A DNA stretch of 64,000 nucleotides, taken from Acidimicrobiia bacterium (GTDB lineage: Bacteria > Actinomycetota > Acidimicrobiia > IMCC26256 > PALSA-610). The position numbers were made by a program, and so were the translations under genes. The notes under the pieces were generated by a model, which worked only from the letters and a program-made list of their open reading frames with translations, was not told the DNA's origin and searched no databases. Position 1 is the stretch's first letter. Each line of letters starts with the position of its first letter. This document shows, piece after piece, positions 25,235 to 33,955 of the stretch. The stretch is from contig DASXZO010000108.1 of assembly GCA_036501845.1 (NCBI GenBank), positions 14,025-78,024 on the forward strand, written 5' to 3'.

Positions 25235-26055
25235 AAGCCAACCGTCGCCACCAACGCGCGAACGAGTGATGGCGGATCGACGGCGCGCCACACAATCCGC
25301 ACGGGTCGCACCGCAAGCGGCGCGGCCACGAGCGCGACGAGCGCCCACGGCGAGCGCACGCCGATCGCCACCACGGCAACGAGCGTGCCCACCATCGAGA
25401 GTGCGTAGAGCGCTCGAGCCGGCCGGTCGCCAACACGCACCGCGAGCGTTCGTTTACCGGCGATGCGATCGGTGGGGATGTCGCGGATGTTGTTGCACAG
25501 CAGGATCGCGACCGCGGGCAGGCCGACCACCAGGCAGCCGATCCAGGTGGTTGCGTTCACGTGCTTGGTCTGCACGTACGCGCTCCCGGCCGTGGCCGCG
25601 AACCCGAAGCACGCGAGCACCATCAGCTCGCCGAAACCGAGGTAGCCATACGGCTTGGGTCCGCCCGTATAACCGACTGCGGCCACGATGCAGAACGCAC
25701 CGAGGAGCAGCAGCCACGGATTCACCGCGAACGACAACCATGCACCGGCCACAGCGGCCACCGCGAACGAGATGATTGCCGCGCGCTTCACCGCCGCGGG
25801 TGTGGCGATCTTGCTCGCGGTGAGGCGGATCGGGCCGCGGCGCACCTCGTCGGTGCCGCGCACGCCGTCGGAATAGTCGTTGGCATAGTTCACGCCCACT
25901 TGGATCGCGAGCGACACCACGAGCGCGCCAAGCGCGCGCCACCAGTGAATGTCGTCGCCGTACGTTGCCGCCGCGGTGCCGACGAGCACCGGCGCCACGG
26001 CGACGCCCAATGTTCTGGGGCGCGCCCCCTGCACCCACTCCGCCGCCGTCGCCAT
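25186..26055 (-). CDS. menA: 1,4-dihydroxy-2-naphthoate polyprenyltransferase
   Basis: In-frame ATG at 26055 (MATAAEWVQGARPRTL..). Contains NYANDYSDGVRGTD (NxxxDxxxD) and NNIRDIPTDR; 289 aa, polytopic. The longer ORF-track reading (to 26952) is antisense to menE. Confidence 0.85.
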   Translation of the reverse strand: MATAAEWVQGARPRTLGVAVAPVLVGTAAATYGDDIHWWRALGALVVSLAIQVGVNYANDYSDGVRGTDEVRRGPIRLTASKIATPAAVKRAAIISFAVAAVAGAWLSFAVNPWLLLLGAFCIVAAVGYTGGPKPYGYLGFGELMVLACFGFAATAGSAYVQTKHVNATTWIGCLVVGLPAVAILLCNNIRDIPTDRIAGKRTLAVRVGDRPARALYALSMVGTLVAVVAIGVRSPWALVALVAAPLAVRPVRIVWRAVDPPSLVRALVATVGFQLVVSLLLAGGLVKS

Positions 26056-26060
26056 GGGCG

Positions 26061-26162
26061 CTACGGCCGCTCGGGCCGGCGCGTCGGGGCCGTGGCGATA
26101 CCCTCCGCGGTCTCGCAGCCGGCGGCGCCCGAGCGGATCACCGGCACTCCTGCTGCAGCCAT
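26061..26162 (-). CDS. Candidate 33-codon upstream ORF preceding menA
   Basis: My own translation is MAAAGVPVIRSGAAGCETAEGIATAPTRRPERP, with G/C in most third positions. A strong SD (GGGAGAGGAACAGGCG-ATG) precedes it. The TAG stop lies 5 nt before the menA ATG. Confidence 0.3.
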   Translation of the reverse strand: MAAAGVPVIRSGAAGCETAEGIATAPTRRPERP

Positions 26163-26186
26163 CGCCTGTTCCTCTCCCGCCCCGCG

Positions 26187-26216
26187 TGATCGTGGGAGCA
26201 TTCACTCCCACGATTG
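26187..26216. promoter_or_regulatory. Inverted repeat (TG)ATCGTGGGAG-CATTCA-CTCCCACGAT(TG), second copy of the merR-type dyad, in the menA/menE divergent spacer
   Basis: Read directly: a perfect 10-6-10 core with the same half-site as 17675..17704. It lies 17 nt upstream of the menE GTG and 27 nt upstream of the uORF ATG on the other strand. Confidence 0.7.
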
Positions 26217-26230
26217 ACAGAATACGGACC

Positions 26231-27400
26231 GTGCCCTCGACCGACGAAACCGCACTCGTCGCCGCCGCCCTGGCGAACACCGCTCTGGCCCCGGTGATCA
26301 TGGCCGCATGGGACGCGGGCGAGGCGGTGCTGCCCCTCAACCCGGGCTTGCCCGCCGCCGAGCTCGACCGCCTCCTCGACATCGCCCGTCCTACGCACAT
26401 CATCGACGCCGACGGCACTCGCACCGTGCGAGCCAACGGCGTGCCTGCGCCGGCGGACACCGCCGCGGTCGTGTGCACCTCGGGCACCACCGGCCAGCCC
26501 AAGGCGGTGGAGCTCACGCGCTCGGGCCTCCAAGCAATGGGTGCCGGCGTGTCGAAGGCGATCGGCGCCACCGACGGCGATCGCTGGCTCGCGTGCCACC
26601 CGCTGTTCTTCGTGGCCGGCCTCGCGATCCTCGGCCGCTCGTGGGTCACCGGTGTGCCGGTGACCGTGCACGACGGTTTCGAACCCGAGCGCGTCAGCGC
26701 CGCGCCCGCCGACGACGGCGTCACCATCGTGTCGCTCGTGCCCACCACACTGCGCCGCCTCCTGCGCGCGGGTTCGCTCGGTCGTTTCCGTGCGGTCGTG
26801 GTGGGTGGCGCGCCTCTGCCGCAACCGCTTCGCGACGAGGCCGCGTCTACGGGCGTCGAGGTGTTCGACGCGTACGGGCTCACCGAAACCTGGGGCGGTT
26901 GCGTCACCAATGGCATGCCGAACGACACGGTGGAGGCGCGGTTGCTCGACACGAGCGAGGTTGCGTTGCGCGGCGTGCCACTGATGCGCCGTTACCGCAA
27001 CGACGATGCCCTCACGAACGAGGCGCTCGGCGCCGACGGCTGGTTCCGCACTGGCGACGTGGGCGCGTGGTCGCACGACGGCCGGCTCGCGATCGTCGAT
27101 CGGTTGAAGGACCTCGTGATCACCGGCGGCGTGAACGTGTCGCCTACCGAGGTGGAAGGTGTACTCGCGCAACATCACGCGGTGGCCGACGCGTGCGTGA
27201 TCGGCGTGCCCGACGACGAGTGGGGTGAGCGGGTGGTGGCCTGCATAGTGCCGCGTGATCCCGCTGATCCGCCCGGCTTCGACGACGTGCGCGCGTTCGT
27301 GCGGGAACGGCTCGGTGCCACGAAGGCGCCCAAGGAGCTGAGGATCGTGGACGTGATCCCACGCTCGCCGTCGGGCAAGGCGCTACGGCGCCTGCTCTGA
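26231..27400 (+). CDS. menE: o-succinylbenzoate-CoA ligase (adenylate-forming enzyme)
   Basis: GTG at 26231, in frame in ORF 25949..27400. Contains the AMP-binding motif TSGTTGQPK, YGLTET, GWFRTGD, DRLKDLVITGG and the C-terminal PRSPSGK. Confidence 0.8.
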   Translation: MPSTDETALVAAALANTALAPVIMAAWDAGEAVLPLNPGLPAAELDRLLDIARPTHIIDADGTRTVRANGVPAPADTAAVVCTSGTTGQPKAVELTRSGLQAMGAGVSKAIGATDGDRWLACHPLFFVAGLAILGRSWVTGVPVTVHDGFEPERVSAAPADDGVTIVSLVPTTLRRLLRAGSLGRFRAVVVGGAPLPQPLRDEAASTGVEVFDAYGLTETWGGCVTNGMPNDTVEARLLDTSEVALRGVPLMRRYRNDDALTNEALGADGWFRTGDVGAWSHDGRLAIVDRLKDLVITGGVNVSPTEVEGVLAQHHAVADACVIGVPDDEWGERVVACIVPRDPADPPGFDDVRAFVRERLGATKAPKELRIVDVIPRSPSGKALRRLL

Positions 27401-27760
27401 GGCCAGCAACGCTTCTTTCCATGTGCGAAAGCGCGCATGGGTCACGCCATCGGGGCCGATGCCCTCGCCGCGGCCGTCAGGATCGAGCCGGAACTCGTAG
27501 CGCTCGTCGAGGTGGTCGGCCGCGACCGCGCTGTAGCGAGCGTCGGCACCGCGAGCGGGACCGGCGCGCCACAGCAGGAAGCGCCCGATGCGGCGCTTGT
27601 AGGCCACGAGGGTCACGCCGATGTCGGCACCGAGCCGATGCAACCACTCCGGCGCCTCGACCCAGCGCGTCGACGGGATGAGGAAGTCGCGCTGGGGCGT
27701 GGCCGGCAGTTCGGCGGTATGCCAATCGCGCTCGGTGGGGGGTCGGTCCTCGGCGGCCAC
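27383..27760 (-). CDS. Hypothetical protein
   Basis: 125 aa with a GTG start and good third-position G/C bias. I recognised no motif. There is an 18-nt convergent overlap with menE. Confidence 0.35.
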   Translation of the reverse strand: MAAEDRPPTERDWHTAELPATPQRDFLIPSTRWVEAPEWLHRLGADIGVTLVAYKRRIGRFLLWRAGPARGADARYSAVAADHLDERYEFRLDPDGRGEGIGPDGVTHARFRTWKEALLASEQAP

Positions 27761-27787
27761 ACCGACAGCGTGCCATAGTCAACGGCG

Positions 27788-29158
27788 ATGGTGGCTGCCT
27801 CGCGGCGCACGCGATGGATCGTGCTCGCGGCGACAGTGCTGTTCGTCGGGTTGCGTGCGACGCACGCGGTGCTCGCCGTGACCCGCGACGACATCTACGG
27901 CTCGCATCGCCCGCGCATCATCTTCAGCCCGGACACCACCGTGTATCTGAAGGCCGCGAAGGGCGCGCTCCTCAGCCGCCAGTTCCTGGAAGCACGCGGG
28001 CCGTTCGGGTACTCGCTGTTCCTGAAGCTCGTCGGTTCGAACCTTCGCGCCGCCGTGCTGGTGCAGACCGCACTGTCGATCGCGGCGTGGGTGTACCTCG
28101 CCGAACAGGTGCGACGAGCGTTCACCAGCGAGGTGGCTGCAATCGTCGGCTTCCTCGGCGTGCTTGCGATCGGTCTCGCCCCCGCGTTCATGGCGTGGGA
28201 CGCGGCCGTGCTCACGGAGTGTCTTTCCATCGCGCTGGTCTGTGTGGTGATCGCGCTCGCGGTGCGGCTGGCGGTGAGTGCCACCACGGCCACCGCCGTG
28301 GCGTTCGCGATCGCGCTCGCGCTCGCCTCGGTGGTTCGCGACGTGAACGCGTTCTTCGCCGCCGGCGTCGGCGTGGCCGCGGCCGTGCTGCTGTGCGTAC
28401 CTCGGGCGCGAGCCGGGCAGGTGAAGCGACTCGCCGCGGTGGCGATCGTGTGCCTCACGAGCGCCGCCGTCGCGCTCGGCCTGTCGGGCGCATCGAATCG
28501 ATCCTTCTATGCCGTTGCCGACTCGATCGTCGTGCACGTCGGCGGCCAGCCCGACGGCGTGCAGTGGTTCATCGCCCACGGCATGCCGAACGACGGCTCG
28601 CTGCAGCTTCTCCGCGAGAACTATTCGCTCAACCAGACACAGCTCTTCGACGACGCGCCGCGCCTGCATGCGTTCCACGACTGGCTGATGCAACACGGCT
28701 CGTCCACCTACTACGAGTACCTGGCCACGCATCCCAAATGGGTGCTCCGCCAACCGCTCAGCCAGCTCACGTTCCTCTTCGCGCCGTACATCGACCCGAT
28801 CGCGCGATTCTGGGGCAACGAACCCGACATCGTGAGCCAGACGATCGGCCATTTCGGCATGCCGTCGCTCCTCGTCGACGGCATCTGGGCCACGCTCGCC
28901 GCGCTCGGCCTCATCGTGGCGATCGCGCGACGGCGCCTCGGCGCGAAGGATCGCCGCGTTGCGTGGACGATCGTGGTGATCGGCGCGCTCGTGGTGCCCC
29001 ATGCGCTCGCCGTGTATCACGGTGACGCGCTCGAGGTGTCACGCCATGCCGTCACCCTCGCCGCCCAGACGCGGATCGCCGTGTGGATCGCGACCGTGCT
29101 CCTCCTCGATCGATTCGTCGAATGGCGACGAGCTCGCACCGGAGGTGCCGGCGCATGA
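27788..29158 (+). CDS. Large polytopic membrane protein, function unknown (GT-C-like topology possible)
   Basis: 456 aa with about 7 N-terminal helices, a roughly 150-aa soluble loop, and 2-3 C-terminal helices. Confidence 0.55.
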   Translation: MVAASRRTRWIVLAATVLFVGLRATHAVLAVTRDDIYGSHRPRIIFSPDTTVYLKAAKGALLSRQFLEARGPFGYSLFLKLVGSNLRAAVLVQTALSIAAWVYLAEQVRRAFTSEVAAIVGFLGVLAIGLAPAFMAWDAAVLTECLSIALVCVVIALAVRLAVSATTATAVAFAIALALASVVRDVNAFFAAGVGVAAAVLLCVPRARAGQVKRLAAVAIVCLTSAAVALGLSGASNRSFYAVADSIVVHVGGQPDGVQWFIAHGMPNDGSLQLLRENYSLNQTQLFDDAPRLHAFHDWLMQHGSSTYYEYLATHPKWVLRQPLSQLTFLFAPYIDPIARFWGNEPDIVSQTIGHFGMPSLLVDGIWATLAALGLIVAIARRRLGAKDRRVAWTIVVIGALVVPHALAVYHGDALEVSRHAVTLAAQTRIAVWIATVLLLDRFVEWRRARTGGAGA

Positions 29159-30162
29159 GAGTGGCCGACTTGCCCACCCCGGCGCTCGTGGTACACGCCG
29201 CGGCGTTGGAACAGAACCTCGCCACGATGGCCGCCGCGCGTCCCGGGACGTCGTTGCGCCCGCACGTGAAAGCACACAAGTGCACCGCGCTCGCGCGGGC
29301 GCAGCACGCCCACGGCCACACCGCTTTCTGTGGCGCGACACCGCTCGAACTGGTCGGCATGGCGCGCGCCGGCCTCGGCGACGACCTGCTGCTCGCCAAC
29401 GAGACGGTCGACCACGAGCGCTTGCGCGCCCTCGCCGCGCTCGACGCCCGGATCACGATCGCCGTCGACAGCGCCGCCACCATCGATGCCGCCGCTGCGG
29501 CCGGCCTGCGCGAGGTGCTCGTCGACGTGAACGTGGGCATGCCGCGCTGCGGCTGCGCGCCCGACGACGCCGGACGCATTGCCGAACTCGCGCGCGCCCG
29601 CGGGCTCGAGGTGCGCGGCGTGATGGGCTACGAGGGCCATGCAGTCGGCATCGCCGACAGCACCGAGCGGCGCGACACCGCGGCCACGAGCATGGACCAA
29701 CTGCGCCGCGCGCACGCGGTGGTCGGTGGCGACGTCGTGTCGGCCGGCGGCACCGGCACCTACGACATGAGCGACCTTCCCACCGAAATCCAAGCCGGCT
29801 CGTACGCGCTGATGGACACCGCCTACGCCGCGCTCGGCTTGCCGTTCGGCAACGCGCTGCACGTCGTGGCCACCGTGATCTCGGTATCGCGGAAATTTGC
29901 GGTGGCCGACTGTGGGCTCAAGGCGCTCGGGATGGACCACGGCAACCCGATCGTCGATGCGGGACCGGTGTGGTTCTGTTCGGACGAGCACGTGACGTTC
30001 GGTATCGACGACGGTGTGATCGCGGTCGGCCGGCGCGTGCTGGTGACGCCCGCGCACGTGGATCCCACCGTGGCGTATCACGCGACCCTGCACATCGCCG
30101 ACGGGGCTGGACTCGACGCCACCGTGGTCGACCACTGGGCGGTCGACCTCAGGGGCTGGTGA
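29155..30162 (+). CDS. DSD1-family PLP enzyme (alanine-racemase-fold D-serine dehydratase / D-threonine aldolase-like)
   Basis: ATG at 29155 overlaps the upstream TGA (ATGA). Contains TPALVV, the PLP-Lys block RPHVKAHKC, and GYEGH. Confidence 0.8.
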   Translation: MRVADLPTPALVVHAAALEQNLATMAAARPGTSLRPHVKAHKCTALARAQHAHGHTAFCGATPLELVGMARAGLGDDLLLANETVDHERLRALAALDARITIAVDSAATIDAAAAAGLREVLVDVNVGMPRCGCAPDDAGRIAELARARGLEVRGVMGYEGHAVGIADSTERRDTAATSMDQLRRAHAVVGGDVVSAGGTGTYDMSDLPTEIQAGSYALMDTAYAALGLPFGNALHVVATVISVSRKFAVADCGLKALGMDHGNPIVDAGPVWFCSDEHVTFGIDDGVIAVGRRVLVTPAHVDPTVAYHATLHIADGAGLDATVVDHWAVDLRGW

Positions 30163-30219
30163 TCTTCACCACTGCGACGGGTACGTTGCCGCGTGCCGAC
30201 CACACCACGAAGGGGTCCG

Positions 30220-31659
30220 ATGTCCACCGATGATCTCGCCTTGCTCGACGCGACTGCACAGGCGGAGCTCGTGCGTACGAAACAAGCGTCGCCCGCGGAA
30301 CTCGTCGACGCCGCGATCGCGCGCATCGAGGCGCTCAACCCGACGCTGAACGCGGTGATTCACGAACGCTTCGACAAGGCACGCGACGCTGCACGCGGCA
30401 CGCTGCCCGACGGGCCGTTCCGTGGCGTGCCGGTGCTGTTCAAAGACCTGATGTGCGCGGTCGAAGGCGACCCCTACCACGAGGGCTCCAACCTGCTGAA
30501 GCGGCACGGCTTTCGCGCCACGCACACCGACCATCTCGCGCAGCGCTATCTCGAAGCGGGCTTTGTGTATCTCGGGCGCACGAACACACCCGAGTTCGGC
30601 CTCGTTCCCACCACCGAGCCCGACGCGTACGGCGCGGCGCGCAACCCCTGGAACGTCGAGCGCACCACGGGCGGCTCGAGCGGCGGGTCCGGTGCCGCGG
30701 TGGCGAGCGGCATGGTGCCGGTCGCGCACGCCAACGATGGTGGCGGTTCGATCCGGATCCCTGCTTCGTGCAACGGCCTCGTCGGGCTGAAACCGAGCCG
30801 GGGCCGCACCTCACCCGGCCCCGCCGCGGGCCATCTGTCGGGCCCGCTGATCGTCGAGCTGGCAGTGACGCGCACCGTGCGCGACGCGGCCGCGCTGCTC
30901 GACGCGCTCGGCCAACCATTCCCGGGCCAGACGGTGGTCGCACCGTCGCCGCGCCGGCCGTTCGCCGAGGAGCTCGGTGTGGCACCCGGTGCGCTGCGCA
31001 TCGGCATGCTCACGCACAATCCGCTCGGTATCGGCGATGTCGACCCGCAGGTGGTGCGCGAGACCGAAGCGGCCGGACGGCTGCTCGAGACACTGGGCCA
31101 CTCGGTACAGCTCGACTACCCGAAGCAGATCGAAGATCCGGCGCTGCTCGGCCACTTCACCGCACTGTGGAACGTGTCGCTCGTGGACACGATCACGCGC
31201 TTCGAGCGAGCAGTGGGTGGTCCCGCGGGGCCCGGTGATCTCGAGCCGCTCACCATCGCACTCGCCGACGACGGGCGCACGGTGAGCGCGCAGACCTTGC
31301 TCGATGCGGTCCACGCGATGGAGGAGGTCGCCTTCGCGGCGGGACCGTGGTGGGAGAGCTACGACCTGTTGCTCACGCCTACGCTCGCCGAACCGCCGGT
31401 GCCGCTCGGCACGTTCGTGGACGACGACACGCCGGTGCTCGGCTTCATGCGCGCCGCCGCGTTCGCACCGTTCTGCGCGCCGTTCAACATCACCGGTCAG
31501 CCGGCGATCTCGCTCCCGCTCGGCACGAGCGACGACGGTCTGCCCATCGGCGTGCATCTCGTGGCCGCGTACGGCCGGGAAGACCTGCTGGTGCGCGTCG
31601 CGTCACAGATCGAACAAGCCGCGCCCTGGGCCGACCGACTTCCAACAATTCACGCGTGA
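30220..31659 (+). CDS. Amidase (amidase-signature family)
   Basis: ATG at 30220 with GAAGGGG upstream. The amidase signature [33 protein letters not shown] is present. Confidence 0.85.
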   Translation: MSTDDLALLDATAQAELVRTKQASPAELVDAAIARIEALNPTLNAVIHERFDKARDAARGTLPDGPFRGVPVLFKDLMCAVEGDPYHEGSNLLKRHGFRATHTDHLAQRYLEAGFVYLGRTNTPEFGLVPTTEPDAYGAARNPWNVERTTGGSSGGSGAAVASGMVPVAHANDGGGSIRIPASCNGLVGLKPSRGRTSPGPAAGHLSGPLIVELAVTRTVRDAAALLDALGQPFPGQTVVAPSPRRPFAEELGVAPGALRIGMLTHNPLGIGDVDPQVVRETEAAGRLLETLGHSVQLDYPKQIEDPALLGHFTALWNVSLVDTITRFERAVGGPAGPGDLEPLTIALADDGRTVSAQTLLDAVHAMEEVAFAAGPWWESYDLLLTPTLAEPPVPLGTFVDDDTPVLGFMRAAAFAPFCAPFNITGQPAISLPLGTSDDGLPIGVHLVAAYGREDLLVRVASQIEQAAPWADRLPTIHA

Positions 31660-31669
31660 AACCGCGCGA

Positions 31670-32503
31670 TCACCCGCCGACGGACAAGAAGCCGGAGAGG
31701 TTTTCCTCGTCCTGCTTGACCTCGTCGATCAGCGACTGCGCCGCATCGGAGGGCAGGCCTAGTGCGGCGAGCGCGATCTCGGGGTTGCAGTTGCTCTCGG
31801 TGACCGGCTCGATCTCACACGCGATCGAGTCGGCCGCGATGATCACGCGACCGAGCAGCGAATCAACGGTCTGCGGCGGCATGTGGTGCGTGCCCACCGC
31901 GTTCACGAACTCGGTCGGGAACTTCATCACGCCCAACGCGGCCGCACCGACCTCGGCGTGGCTGATCCCGAACTCTTCGCGCTCGGCGTCGACGAGCGTC
32001 ACGCCGTCTTCGCCCTGCAGGCGCTCGAGCACAGTGTCGTAGCGGCGCGGTGCGCGGCGGAACACGAGTGCGCTCCCGAGATCGTGCAGCAGACCCACGG
32101 AGAATGCGTCGTTGCCGGGAAGGCCCACACGGCGGGCGACGGCCGACGCCGACGCGGCCGTGAGCACGCAGTGCGGCCAGAACTCGTCGGGCACCGAACG
32201 ACCCTTCTCGGAGAACAGGTCGAACGCCGCCGTCGTTGCCAGCGCACGTACCGTGGCGAGCCCGAGCACGGTGACGGCGCGCCACGCGCTCGACACCTTG
32301 CCGGACAGGCCGTAGAACGCGGTGTTGGCGAGACGAATCGCCTGCGTGCTGAGCGCAGGGTCGCTCTCGATCAGATGGCCGAGGTCTGCTGCAGACGTGC
32401 GCGGATCCTCGAGCATCCACAGCAGTCGCATGGCTGCGCCCGGCTGCACCGGGAGCTGCGTGATCTCGGAGACGAGATCGTTCGTGTCCGTGCCACTCAT
32501 CAC
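31670..32503 (-). CDS. HDOD domain protein
   Basis: 277 aa. Contains LPVQPGAAMRLLWMLEDP..SAADLGHLIESDPALSTQAIRLANTAFYG..VSSAWRAVTVLG, the HDOD signature, with an HD-like region downstream. Confidence 0.75.
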   Translation of the reverse strand: MMSGTDTNDLVSEITQLPVQPGAAMRLLWMLEDPRTSAADLGHLIESDPALSTQAIRLANTAFYGLSGKVSSAWRAVTVLGLATVRALATTAAFDLFSEKGRSVPDEFWPHCVLTAASASAVARRVGLPGNDAFSVGLLHDLGSALVFRRAPRRYDTVLERLQGEDGVTLVDAEREEFGISHAEVGAAALGVMKFPTEFVNAVGTHHMPPQTVDSLLGRVIIAADSIACEIEPVTESNCNPEIALAALGLPSDAAQSLIDEVKQDEENLSGFLSVGG

Positions 32504-32546
32504 ATTTCTCCTCGGCGGTGCCGCGGCGCGCGCTGGTTCTGTTCTG

Positions 32547-33884
32547 TTATCGGTCCTGCAGACGCCGACCTGAGCCCGCGTCCGCGCGATCGGTGATGCC
32601 GGTCACACTTCCCGCGAGCTGGGCCTCGGCTTGCAGGACCGTGTCGGCTGCAGTCGAGTCGGCCGGCGCCATCACGTAGGTGACCCGGCACGCCGTCTCG
32701 AGCACACGGCCCGATGCGACGAGCCTGGTCCGCACGGCTTCGCGCACACGATCGGCCCAACGATCGGCATCATGGTCGGCGCGGCGCGCCGGGCCCGCGA
32801 TCGCAAACGTCGCGCCGCTCAGACGGCCGACGATGTCTCGGCGTCGCACCATGCCCTGGAGCGCAAGCGCCACCGCTCGGAGTGTCGCGTCGCCGGCTTC
32901 GTAGCCGTGGGCGCGATTGACCGCGTCGATGCCGCCGACGTGCACGAGCATCAGCGTGAGCGGCCTCGGCACCGCGTCGAGCGCCGCGAGCAACGCGTGG
33001 CGGCCGAGCACACCGGTGAGCGCGTCGCGCGCGAGAAGATCGTTTGCCGCGACGGCACGGTCGTGCAGCACCACTGCGGTGGCCGCGAGGTCGGCGGCGC
33101 GGATCGCCGAGGCCCGCTCCGACGCGGTGAGGAATCGCTTCGATCCGACGAACAGGCACAACACCACCGTCGGTCCCGGCACGGCCGTGGGAGCACCGTT
33201 CGCTCGGTCGGCACCGAGCACGGTCCAGCCGAAGCCGAGACCGTGCTCCACGGCGAGCTCGGCGATACGCCCAGTGGCCGGCTCGACGTCGACTGCGTCG
33301 CTCGCGCTGTCGGGCAGCGGCACGCGAGCCGCGACGCGTGTCCAGGCAGTAGAGAACGTGCTTGCGGCGACGAGCTCCATCTGGTCGTCGGCGACCCGGT
33401 AGAGCGCGGCGCGCGTGCCGGGTGCGCCCGCCTCGGCGAGCCGCACGCTGGCGTCGAACACCGCGGTGAGGTCGTCGCGATGTTGCAGCACCGCGACGAG
33501 CGCGTCGTGCACCGCCACCTCGGCGCGTCCGCGGTCGCGCGAGGTCACGTTGTCGGCGCAGATCACGAGCTCGCCTTCCGCAGCGGAGCGGCTGCGGCAC
33601 GCGAACGTGCGGTACGAGCCGTCGAGGTGCGCGCAGCGCAGCGTGACGACCTCGTCGTCGCCCTGGTTCGCGAGCGCGCTGTCCATGAGCAGCGAGAGTG
33701 CGGCGGGCCGATCGTCGGGCGTCACAAGGTCGACGAAGTCCATACCCACTGCGAGCTTGCCGCCGAGCGCGGCATGGGCCGCCGGCGTGAGCGCGACCAC
33801 CCGCCCGGCGTCGTCGAGGACGATGCCGACCTGATGACTCAGGCCGTCGAGCACCTCGTCGCGCGGCGGCGCGCCATCTTCCAC
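32547..33884 (-). CDS. PAS-GAF-GGDEF protein with degenerate active site (SGATF) and retained RxxD I-site
   Basis: 445 aa. The GGDEF-domain start is DALTGVLGR. The segment RRRDIVGRLSGATFAI aligns to RxxD-N5-GGDEF, with GG(D/E)EF replaced by SGATF. Confidence 0.8.
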   Translation of the reverse strand: MEDGAPPRDEVLDGLSHQVGIVLDDAGRVVALTPAAHAALGGKLAVGMDFVDLVTPDDRPAALSLLMDSALANQGDDEVVTLRCAHLDGSYRTFACRSRSAAEGELVICADNVTSRDRGRAEVAVHDALVAVLQHRDDLTAVFDASVRLAEAGAPGTRAALYRVADDQMELVAASTFSTAWTRVAARVPLPDSASDAVDVEPATGRIAELAVEHGLGFGWTVLGADRANGAPTAVPGPTVVLCLFVGSKRFLTASERASAIRAADLAATAVVLHDRAVAANDLLARDALTGVLGRHALLAALDAVPRPLTLMLVHVGGIDAVNRAHGYEAGDATLRAVALALQGMVRRRDIVGRLSGATFAIAGPARRADHDADRWADRVREAVRTRLVASGRVLETACRVTYVMAPADSTAADTVLQAEAQLAGSVTGITDRADAGSGRRLQDR

Positions 33885-33955
33885 AGAGATGACCTCGGCT
33901 GCCGCGGCGCCTTGTTGAGCGCGCCAGGGCCAGTCGGCCTATGCACTCGACGTGA

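Noticed and set aside
25949-26230. Upstream extensions of the menE ORF (from 25949) and of the menA ORF (up to 26952)
   Set aside because: The extensions run antisense through the neighbouring gene and are Arg/Pro-rich. Family-typical N-termini begin at 26231 (menE) and 26055 (menA).
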